From contig CAVSLV010000001.1 in assembly GCA_963728915.1 (NCBI GenBank), positions 352,001 through 416,000 on the forward strand: a DNA stretch of 64,000 nucleotides, given 5' to 3'. The stretch is from an uncultured Gemmatimonadales bacterium (GTDB lineage: Bacteria; Gemmatimonadota; Gemmatimonadetes; Gemmatimonadales; GWC2-71-9). The notes beneath the pieces are model-generated. The model saw only the letters and a list, made by a program, of their open reading frames with translations, was not told the origin of the DNA and made no database searches. Shown here in pieces: positions 1-11,480 of this stretch. The translations under genes and the position numbers were made by a program. Positions within the stretch are counted from its first letter, which is position 1. Every line of letters begins with the position of its first letter.

Positions 1-3000
1 GTTGGTGAAGGTCGCGACGCCATTGACCGCGGTCACTGTTGTGGTCCCGCCCACCGCTCCCCCCGCCCCGGAGAAGAGCGCGACGCTGACCTGAGTGCCG
101 TTGTCGGTGGTGACGGTGTTCCCCTGGGCATCCCGGATGGCGATCGCCGGCTGAGTGGCCAGTGTTGCGCCGTTCGCTCCGCCCACCGGCTGGGTGGTGA
201 TCGCAAGCTGGGTGGCCGTACCGGCCGTCACCGTCACGTTCCCCGAGTTGACCGCCGTGAGGGCAGGACTGGAAGTGAAGCGGAGGACGTAGTTGGTCCC
301 CACCACGCCGCTCAGCGTGACGGTCGAGAAGCTCGCCACGCCGTTCACCGCCGTGACCGTCTGAGTGCCCCCCAGCGCTCCCCCCGCTCCCGAGAAGATC
401 GCCACGGTGACCTGGGTGGTGTTGTCGCTGGTGACGGTGTTGCCGCCGCCATCCCGAATCGCCACCACCGGTTGGGTGGAGAGGTTGCCTCCGCTGGCGC
501 CACCCACTGGCTGCGTGGTGATGCCGAGCTTGTTCGCTGCGCCCGCCGTTACGGTGACGTTGGTGGAGCTGACCGACGTGAGCACCGGGCTCGAGGTGAA
601 CTGCAGCACGTAGCTGGTGCCGACCACCCCGCTCAGGGTCACGCCGGTAAACGTCACCACCCCGCCGACCGCGGTGCGGGTCAGGGTCCCGCCCAGACCT
701 CCTCCCGCTCCCGAGAGAATCGCCACGGTGACCTGCGTGGTGTTGTCGGTGGTGACGGTGTTGCCGCCGCCGTCCCGAATGGCGACCACGGGCTGGGTGG
801 CGAGGTTGCCCCCGCTGGCGCCGCCCACCGGCTGAGTGGTGATCGCAAGCTGGGTCGCGGCACCAAGCGTGACGGTGACATTGTTCGAGCCCGTCGCGGT
901 GAGGGCCGGACTCGAGGTGAACTGGAGCACATAGTTGGTGCCCACCACGCCGCTCAAGGTCACCCCGGTGAAGGAAACTACGCCGCCGACGGCGGTCCGG
1001 GTGAGCGTCCCACCGAGGCTTCCTCCCGCTCCCGAGAGGATCGCCACGGTGACCAGGGTGGTGTTGTCACTGGTGACCGTATTGCCGCCCGCGTCTTGGA
1101 TCGCGACGACTGGCTGGGTGGCCAACGCCGCACCACTGGCGCCGCCCACTGGCTGGGTGGTGATCGCAAGCTGGGTGGCCGTACCGGCCGTCACCGTCAC
1201 GTTCCCCGAGTTGACCGGGGTGAGCACCGGGCTGGAGGTGAAGCGTAGCACATAGTTGGTCCCCACCGTGCCCGACAGGGTCACGTTGGTGAAGGTCGCG
1301 ACGCCATTGACCGCGGTCACTGTTGTGGTCCCGCCCACCGCTCCCCCCGCCCCGGAGAAGAGCGCGACGCTGACCTGAGTGCCGTTGTCGGTGGTGACGG
1401 TGTTCCCCTGGGCATCCCGGATGGCGATCGCCGGCTGAGTGGCCAGTGTTGCGCCGTTCGCTCCGCCCACCGGCTGGGTGGTGATCGCAAGCTGGGTGGC
1501 CGTACCGGCCGTCACCGTCACGTTCCCCGAGTTGACCGGGGTGAGCACCGGGCTCGAGGTGAACTGAAGCACGTAGCTGGTGCCCACCACGCCGCTCAAC
1601 GCCGCATTGGTGAAGGTCACCACCCCGCCGACCGCGGTGCGGGTCAGGGTCCCACCCAGAGCTCCTCCGGCGCCCGAGCCGATCTGGAGCGTGACCTGGG
1701 TGGCGTTATCGCCGGTGACGGTATTCCCTTGGGCATCCTGGATGGCGATCACCGGCTGCGTGGCCAAGGCCGCACCACTGGCGCCACCCACCGGCTGCTG
1801 GGTGATGCCGAGCTTGTTCGCTGCGCCCGCCGTTACGGTGACGTTGGTGGAGCTGACCGACGTGAGCACCGGGCTCGAGGTGAACTGCAGCACGTAGCTG
1901 GTGCCGACCACCCCGCTCAGGGTCACGCCGGTAAACGTCACCACCCCGCCGACCGCGGTGCGGGTCAGGGTCCCGCCCAGACCTCCTCCCGCTCCCGAGA
2001 GAATCGCCACGGTGACCTGCGTGGTGTTGTCGCCCGTGACGGTATTCCCCTGGGCATCCTGGATGGCGATCACCGGCTGCGTGGCCAGGGCGCCCCCGCT
2101 CGACCCGCCCACCGGCTGGGTGGTAATGCCGAGTTTGTTCGCGACTCCGGCCGTCAGAGTAACGCCATTCGAAATGACCGACGCGAGTACCGGGTTGGAG
2201 GTGAACTGGAGCACGTAGTTGGTGCCGACCCCACCGCTCAGGGTCACCCCGGTAAACGTCACCACCCCGCCGACGGCGGTGCGGGTGAGGGTGCCGCCAA
2301 GACTGCCCCCGGCGCCCGAGAGGATCGCCACGGTGACCTGGGTGGTGTTATCGCCAGTGACGGTATTCCCCTGAGCATCCTGGATCACCACGATCGGCTG
2401 CGTGGCCAACGCCGCACCACTGGCACCGCCCACCGGTTGGGTGGTGATCCCGAGCTTGTTCGCAGCACCGGCCGTCACCGTCACGTTCCCCGAGTTGACC
2501 GGGGTGAGCACCGGGCTGGAGGTGAAGCGCAGCACATAGTTGGTCCCCACCGTGCCCGACAGGGTCACGTTGGTGAAGGTCGCGACGCCATTGACCGCGG
2601 TCACTGTTGTGGTCCCACCCACCGCTCCCCCCGCCCCGGAGAAGAGCGCGACGCTGACCTGAGTGCCGTTGTCGGTGGTGACGGTGTTCCCCTGGGCGTC
2701 CCGGATGGCGATCGCCGGCTGAGTGGCCAGTGTTGCGCCGTTCGCTCCGCCCACCGGCTGGGTGGTGATCGCAAGCTGGGTGGCCGTACCGGCCGTCACC
2801 GTCACGTTCCCCGAGTTGACCGGGGTGAGCACCGGGCTGGAGGTGAAGCGCAGCACATAGTTGGTCCCCACCGTGCCCGACAGGGTCACGTTGGTGAAGG
2901 TCGCGACGCCATTGACCGCGGTCACTGTTGTGGTCCCACCCACCGCTCCCCCCGCCCCGGAGAAGAGCGCGACGCTGACCTGAGTGCCGTTGTCGGTGGT

Positions 3001-6000
3001 GACGGTGTTCCCCTGGGCGTCCCGGATCGCCACGATCGGTTGGGTACTCAATGCGGCCCCGCTGGCGCCCCCCGTGGGCGGCTGGGTAATCGCCAGCTGC
3101 GATGCTGCGCCGGCAGTTACCGTGACATTTCCTGAATTCACCGCGGTGAGCACGGGGCTGGAGGTGAAGCGCAGCACATAGTTGGTCCCCACCGTGCCCG
3201 ACAGGGTCACGCCGGTGAAGGTCGCGACGCCATTGACCGCGGTCACTGTTGTGGTCCCGCCCACCGCTCCCCCCGCCCCAGAGAAGAGCGCGACGCTGAC
3301 CTGAGTGCCGTTGTCGGTGGTGACGGTGTTCCCCTGGGCGTCCCGGATCGCCACGATCGGTTGGGTACTCAATGCGGCCCCGCTGGCGCCCCCCGTGGGC
3401 GGCTGGGTAATCGCCAGCTGCGATGCTGCGCCGGCGGTTACCGTGACGTTTCCTGAATTCACCGCGGTGAGCACCGGGCTGGAGGTGAAGCGCAGCACAT
3501 AGTTGGTCCCCACCGTGCCCGACAGGGTCACGTTGGTGAAGGTCGCGACGCCATTGACCGCGGTCACTGTTGTGGTCCCGCCCACCGCTCCCCCCGCCCC
3601 GGAGAAGAGCGCGACGCTAACCTGAGTGCCGTTGTCGGTGGTGACCGTATTTCCCTGGGCGTCCCGGATCGCCACAATCGGTTGGGTACTCAATGCGGCC
3701 CCGCTGGCGCCCCCCGTGGGCGGCTGGGTAATCGCCAGCTGCGATGCTGCGCCGGCGGTTACCGTGACGTTTCCTGAATTCACCGCGGTGAGCACCGGGC
3801 TGGAGGTGAAGCGCAGCACATAGTTGGTCCCCACCGTGCCCGACAGGGTCACGTTGGTGAAGGTCGCGACGCCATTGACCGCGGTCACTGTTGTGGTCCC
3901 ACCCACCGCTCCCCCCGCCCCGGAGAAGAGCGCGACGCTGACCTGAGTGCCGTTGTCGGTGGTGACGGTGTTCCCCTGGGCGTCCCGGATGGCGATCGCC
4001 GGCTGAGTGGCCAGTGTTGCGCCGTTCGCTCCGCCCACCGGCTGGGTGGTGATCGCAAGCTGGGTGGCCGTACCGGCCGTCACCGTCACGTTCCCCGAGT
4101 TGACCGGGGTGAGCACCGGGCTGGAGGTGAAGCGCAGCACATAGTTGGTCCCCACCGTGCCCGACAGGGTCACGCCGGTGAAGGTCGCGACGCCATTGAC
4201 CGCGGTCACTGTTGTGGTCCCGCCCACCGCTCCCCCCGCCCCAGAGAAGAGCGCGACGCTAACCTGAGTGCCGTTGTCGGTGGTGACGGTGTTCCCCTGG
4301 GCGTCCCGGATCGCCACGATCGGTTGGGTACTCAATGCGGCCCCGCTGGCGCCCCCCGTGGGCGGCTGGGTAATCGCCAGCTGCGATGCTGCGCCGGCAG
4401 TTACCGTGACATTTCCTGAATTCACCGCGGTGAGCACGGGGCTGGAGGTGAAGCGCAGCACGTAGTTGGTGCCGACCACCCCGCTCAGGGTCACGCCGGT
4501 AAACGTCACCACCCCGCCGCTCGCGGTGCGGGTGAGCGTCCCGCCCAGGCTTCCTCCCGCTCCCGAGAGAATCGCCACGGTGACCTGCGTGGTGTTGTCG
4601 CCCGTGACGGTATTCCCCTGGGCATCCTGGATGGCGATCACCGGCTGCGTGGCCAGGGCGCCCCCGCTCGACCCGCCCACCGGCTGGGTGGTAATGCCGA
4701 GTTTGTTCGCGACTCCGGCCGTCAGAGTAACGCCATTCGAAATGACCGACGCGAGTACCGGGTTGGAGGTGAACTGGAGCACGTAGTTGGTGCCGACCCC
4801 ACCGCTCAGGGTCACCCCGGTAAACGTCACCACCCCGCCGACGGCGGTGCGGGTGAGGGTGCCGCCAAGACTGCCCCCGGCGCCCGAGAGGATCGCCACG
4901 GTGACCTGGGTGGTGTTATCGCCAGTGACGGTATTCCCCTGAGCATCCTGGATCACCACGATCGGCTGCGTGGCCAACGCCGCACCACTGGCACCGCCCA
5001 CCGGTTGGGTGGTGATCCCGAGCTTGTTCGCAGCACCGGCCGTCACCGTCACGTTCCCCGAGTTGACCGGGGTGAGCACCGGGCTGGAGGTGAAGCGCAG
5101 CACATAGTTGGTCCCCACCGTGCCCGACAGGGTCACGTTGGTGAAGGTCGCGACGCCATTGACCGCGGTCACTGTTGTGGTCCCACCCACCGCTCCCCCC
5201 GCCCCGGAGAAGAGCGCGACGCTGACCTGAGTGCCGTTGTCGGTGGTGACGGTGTTCCCCTGGGCGTCCCGGATGGCGATCGCCGGCTGAGTGGCCAGTG
5301 TTGCGCCGTTCGCTCCGCCCACCGGCTGGGTGGTGATCGCAAGCTGGGTGGCCGTACCGGCCGTCACCGTCACGTTCCCCGAGTTGACCGGGGTGAGCAC
5401 CGGGCTGGAGGTGAAGCGCAGCACATAGTTGGTCCCCACCGTGCCCGACAGGGTCACGCCGGTGAAGGTCGCGACGCCATTGACCGCGGTCACTGTTGTG
5501 GTCCCGCCCACCGCTCCCCCCGCCCCAGAGAAGAGCGCGACGCTAACCTGAGTGCCGTTGTCGGTGGTGACGGTGTTCCCCTGGGCGTCCCGGATCGCCA
5601 CGATCGGTTGGGTACTCAATGCGGCCCCGCTGGCGCCCCCCGTGGGCGGCTGGGTAATCGCCAGCTGCGATGCTGCGCCGGCAGTTACCGTGACATTTCC
5701 TGAATTCACCGCGGTGAGCACGGGGCTGGAGGTGAAGCGCAGCACGTAGTTGGTGCCGACCACCCCGCTCAGGGTCACGCCGGTAAACGTCACCACCCCG
5801 CCGCTCGCGGTGCGGGTGAGCGTCCCGCCCAGGCTTCCTCCCGCTCCCGAGAGAATCGCCACGGTGACCTGCGTGGTGTTGTCACTGGTGACCGTATTGC
5901 CGCCCGCGTCTTGGATCGCGACGACTGGCTGGGTGGCCAACGCCGCGCCACTGGCACCTCCCACCGGCTGGGTCGTGATGCCAAGCTTGCTGGGTGTTCC

Positions 6001-9000
6001 CGCGGTGACGGTAACGTTGTTCGAGCTCGCCGCGGTGAGCGCCGGACTCGAAGTGAACTGGAGGACGTAGTTAGTGCCTACTACTCCACTCAGCGTCACG
6101 CCGGTGAAGGCCACCACCCCACTGCTCGCGGTACGAGTCAAGGTTCCGCCGAGGCTCCCACCAGCGCCCGAGAGGATCCCCACCGAAACCTGCGTGGTGT
6201 TGTCCCCGGTCACGGTGTTGCCTTGGGCATCCTGGATCACCACGATCGGCTGGGTGGCCAACGCCGCACCACTGGCGCCCCCCACCGGTTGCTGGGTGAT
6301 ACCGAGCTTGTTCGCCGCGCCCGCTGTTACCGTCACGTTGTTCGAGTTGACCGAGGTGAGCACCGGGCTCGAGGTGAACTGGAGCACGTAGTTGGTTCCC
6401 ACCACGCCGCTCAGGGTCACCCCGGTAAAGGTCACCACCCCACTCGCCGCGGTGCGGGTGAGCGTTCCGCCAAGACTCCCGCCGGCCCCCGAGCCGATCT
6501 GGACGGTGACCTGAGTGGTGTTATCGGAGGTGACCGTATTCCCTTGCGCATCCTGGATCACCACGATCGGCTGGGTGGCGAGGGCCGCACCACTGGCCGC
6601 ACCGACGGGCTGGGTCGTGATGCCGAGCTTGTTCGCTGCGCCCGCTGTGACGGTGACGTTGTTCGAGCTGACCGACGTGAGCACCGGGTTCGAGGTGAAC
6701 TGGAGCACGTAGTTGGTGCCCACCACGCCGCTCAGGGTCAGCCCGGTGAACGTCACCACCCCGCCGCTCGCGGTGCGGGTGAGGGTTCCGCCGAGGCCTC
6801 CGCCGGCCCCTGAGCTGATCTGGACGGTCACCTGGGTGGTGTTGTCACCGGTCACGGTGTTGCCCTGGGCGTCCTGGATCACCACGATCGGCTGGGTCGC
6901 GAGGACCGCCCCGCTTGTCCCGCCCACCGGCTGCTGGGTGATCCCGAGCTTGTTCGCCGTGCCGGCCGTGACGGTGACGTTATTCGAGCTGATCGACGTG
7001 AGCACTGGGCTCGAGGTGAACTGGAGCACATAGCTGGTGCCGACCACCCCGCTCAGGCTCACCCCGGTAAAGGTCACCACGCCGCCGCTCGCGGTGCGGG
7101 TCAGGGTCCCGCCCAGAGCTCCTCCGGCCCCCGAGCCGATCTGGACCGTGACCTGCGTAGTGTTATCGCCGGTGACGGTATTCCCTTGCGCATCCTGGAT
7201 GGCGATCACCGGCTGGGTGGCCAGGGCAACCCCGCTGGACCCACCCACCGGTTGGGTGGTGATCCCGAGCTTGTTCGCCGCGCCCGCCGTCAGGGTCACC
7301 CCATTGGAAATGGCCGGTGCGAGCACCGGATTCGAGGTGAACTGGAGCGCGTAGTTGGTGCCCACCCCACCGCTCAGGGTCACGCCGGTAAATGACACGA
7401 CGCCGCCGATAGCTGTGCGGGCCAAGGTCCCACCGAGACTCCCCCCAACTCCGGAGCTGATCGCAACCGTCACTTGGGTGGAGTTGTCGGAAGTGACCGT
7501 GTTGCCTTGGGCATCCCGAATCGCGACAATCGGCTGAGTCGCGAGTACCGCCCCGCTGGCTCCTCCCACCGGCTGCTGGGTAATGGTGAGTTGGGAAGCC
7601 GCACCGGGTGTGACGCTGACGTTGCCGGAAGTCGCGGCAGCAAGTGCCGGCACCGAGGTGAACCGCAGGGTGTAGTTGGTTCCCACCGTTCCCGAGAGGG
7701 TGACACCGGTAAACGTCGCCACGCCGTTCGCCACGGTACGCGTGAGAGTGCCGCCCAGGGTCCCCCCGGCCCCCGAGAAGATCGCCACCGTCACCTGCGT
7801 GGTGTTGTCACCGGTTACCGTGTTTCCCTGGGCATCCCGCACGGCGACAATCGGCTGCGTGGTCAGCGTACCGCCGCTGGCCCCGCCCGCCGGCTGCTGG
7901 GTGATCACCAGTTGAGTTCCGGCGCCCGGGGTCACCGTGAGGCTGTTGGAGTTGGCCGGAGTGAGCGCGGGACTCGACGTGAACTGCAGCACGTAGTTGG
8001 TGCCGACCGTCCCTGCCATGGTCAGGTTCGTAAACGTGACGACCCCGTTGACCGCGGTGCCGGTCACGCTTCCGCCAAGGGTCCCGCCCACACCGGAAAG
8101 AATCCCCGCGGTGACCTGGGTGGTGTTATCGGTCGCGACCGTGTTGCCCTGGGCATCCCGAATGGCTACGACCGGCTGAGTAGCCAGGGCGCTACCACTC
8201 GGCCCGCCAACCGGCTGCTGAGTCAGCACCAGTTGCGTCGCGTTCCCGGCGGTGACGGTGACGTTGCTCGAATTGACCGGGGTGAGCGCCGGGCTCGAGG
8301 TGAATCGCAACACGTAGTTGGTCCCTACCGCGCCTGCGAGCGTCACGTTGGTGAAAGTCGCAACCCCATTCACTGCCGTGCCGGTCACCGTGCCGCCGAG
8401 CGTCCCGCCGGCGCCGGAAAAGATCGCGACGGTGACCTGGGTGGTGTTATCGGTCGTGACCGTGTTGCCCTGGGCATCCCGGATGGCGACGACGGGTTGG
8501 GTCGCCAGCGCCGTTCCGCTGGTGGCTCCCACGGGCTGCTGAGTGAGCACGAGCTGGCTGGCCGCACCGGCCGTCAGCGTGAGGTCGCTCGAATTCACCG
8601 CGGTCAGAGCCGGCGACGAGGTGAACCGGAGCACATAATTGGTGCCGACCGTCCCGGCGAGCGTCACTGCGGTGAAGCTGACAACCCCGTTGACAGCGGT
8701 GCGCGTGAGCGTGCCTCCCAGGGCGCCACCAGCCCCCGACTGGATAGCGATAGTGACCTGGGTCGTGTTGTCGCCAGTCACCGTATTACCCTGGGCGTCC
8801 CGGATCGCGACGATGGGTTGAGTTGGGAGGACCGCACCACTCGCGCCCCCGACCGGCTGCTGGGTGATCGCGAGCTGAGTTGCCGCGCCTGCGGTGACCG
8901 CTACGTTGCCCGAGGTGACCGGCGTGAGCGCCGGAGTCGAAGAGAACCCCAGGGTGTAGTTGGTGCCCACCGTACCAGCCAGCGTCACGCCCGAGAAGGT

Positions 9001-11480
9001 CACCACCCCGTTCGCCGCCGTCCGGGTGAGCGTCCCGCCGAGGGTTCCCCCCGTCCCCGACGCGATCGCCACCGTCACCTGGGTGGAATTGTCCGTCGTT
9101 ACGGTATTGCCCTGGGCATCCCGGATCGCCACGACCGGCTGGGTGGCGAGAGGAGCACCGCTGGCCCCGCCAGCCGGTTGCTGAGTCAGGCTGAGCTGGG
9201 TCGCGGTCCCCGCCGTGACCATGACGTTCCCCGAGTTGACCGCGGTCAGCGCCGGGCTCGAGGTGAACCGCAGCACATAATTCGTGCCCACCGTGCCGCT
9301 CAGCGTGAGACCGGTAAAGGTCACGACCCCGTTCACCGCGGTGCGGGTTAGGGTGCCCCCGAGAGTGCCGCCTCCCCCGGAGAAGATCGCCACCGAGACC
9401 TGGGTGCTGTTATCGGTCAGGACCGTGTTGCCCTGGGCGTCCCGGATCGCCAGGACCGGCTGGGTGGGTAATGGCGCCCCACTCAATCCACCGGCCGGCT
9501 GTTGGGTCAGCACGAGTTGGCTCGCGGTGCCGGCGCTCACCACCACCGATCCCGAGAGGGCGGGCGGGACCGGATTCCCGCTGATCCCGAAGCGGAGCTG
9601 ATAGCTCTGGCCCGCCGTTCCGGCGAGCGAGAGATCGTTGAAGGTCACCACGCCACCCGCGGCAGTCCGGGTTAGGGTCCCGCTCAGGTTTCCTCCGACG
9701 CCCGAGCTGATCGTGACCGAGACCTGGGTGGTGTTGTCCCCGGTCACGGTGTTCCCCTGCGCATCCCGGATCGCCAGCACCGGTTGGGTCGCCAGGGGTC
9801 CTCCGCTGGCTCCTCCGACCGGCTGTTGGGTCAGCACCAGTTGGCTTGCCGGTCCGGGCCCCAGGGCGATGACGCCCGAAGGGCCGGAAAGCAGCGCGCC
9901 AGAATTCGCGGTAAAGGCCACCTGGTAGTTGCCGACCGGACCCGCGACTCCCAGGCCGGCAAAGGTCGCCAGGCCGCCGGCTCCCGTGGTCGCCGTGGTC
10001 GATCCGATCAGGCTGCCTCCGGCCGGTCCGGACAAGGCGGCGTTGACTGCCACCCCCTGCTGAGTCACCGGGTTGCCTCCGCCATCCCGCAGTTGAAGAG
10101 CGGGTTGCTGCGGAAACGAAACGCCGCTCTGGGCGGCGGTTGAAGGTTGCTGGGTGAAGGTCAGCCGGGTCGGGACTCCGACCCCCAGCGCGATGGGAAC
10201 CGAGCTTGCCGGGCTGATCCCCGAAGCGCGAAAGGTCAGCGTGTAGTTGCCGGCGAGGCCGGACAGCCCGAGGCCCGCGAACGGGGCGAGGCCAGTGGCG
10301 TCAGTGGTGCTGAAGATTCCGCCGAGGAGATTCGCATCCGGGAACACGGTGGCCGTGACCGTGATCCCGGCCAGACCGACACTGTTCCCGCTCGCGTCTT
10401 GAAGCCGCACCACAGGCTGCTGCGTGAAGAGGGTTCCGCTCGCGAGCGCCGCGGTTGGCTGGGTGACCATTGCGAGCTGGCTGGGCGCCCCCGGGCCGAC
10501 GATCACCGGAGAGGAAACGACCGGGGAGTAATCCGGGGCGGAAAACCGGAGCGTGTAGGTGCCGACCGGTCCACTGATCGAAAGGCCCAGGAAGGCCGCC
10601 AGCCCCGAGCCGTTCGTGTTGGCAGTGGTGTTCCCACCCACATCCCCCGATCCGCTCGCCAGGGAGGCGGTGACCACCACCCCGGATTGCGGTACGTCGT
10701 TTCCGAAGGCGTCGTGGAGCCGGATCGCGGGCTGAATCGAAAGTGGAGTATTGCTCTGCGCGGACACCCCGGGCTGGGTCGCAATGAACAACGTCGTCCC
10801 GCTCCCTGGCAGAAGCTCGATGGTTCCCGAAGTGAGGGGGGCCATCCCCGGGGCGGTGAAGATCAGGTTGTACTCGCCCGTCGCACCGGACACCGAGAGG
10901 TTCGCGAACGTAGCGACTCCATTGTCGTTGGTGATCGCCATGTTGCCGGTGAGGGTGAGCGCGGCGGTAACCGCGGCTCCGGGCGCAGGCTCCTCCCGGT
11001 CTGGAAGGGTGGTGGCCGCGTTGGCAGTGATGGTTACCCCAGCCTGGTGGACCGGATTCCCCGAACCATCCCGGAGTTGAATTACCGGCGCCGGGGATAA
11101 GGGGGCTCCGCTCCGGGCGCTGTCGGGTGGTGGGGTGGCGAAGGACGCCTGGCTGACGCTTCCCGCGCTCACCGAGAACGCATTGCTGATGGCCGGTACC
11201 AGCCCGGGCGAGCTCACCTGAAGGCTGTAGCCGGTGCCGACGCGATCGAGCGTGAGATCGGTGAAGGTCGCGGTCCCGTTCACCGCGTTGCGCGTGGTGA
11301 CCCCGCTGAGGGTGGCTCCACCCGGATTCGCCGCGAGCGCGATGGTCACCGAGTTGGTCGCCCCGAGCACGGTGGTCAGCAGGTCATCCTGGAGATCCAC
11401 CTTGATCGAAGGCAGGAACTGACCCGCCACCACGTTGCCCGGCTGAGTCGCGAACCCGAGCCGGGTGGGTGGCCGGGTCG
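1..11480 (-). repeat. Tandem array of ~35 coding repeats, 321-bp period
   Basis: The repeat Tyr codon recurs at 289, 610, 931 ... 9277 (exact 321-bp spacing), then 9601, 9925, 10243, 10555, 10870, 11227 in more diverged units. Confidence 0.95.

Noticed and set aside
1..9600. Regular array as CRISPR or non-coding satellite
   Set aside because: The period is 321 bp (107 codons), the frame is open, there are no spacers and no cas genes.
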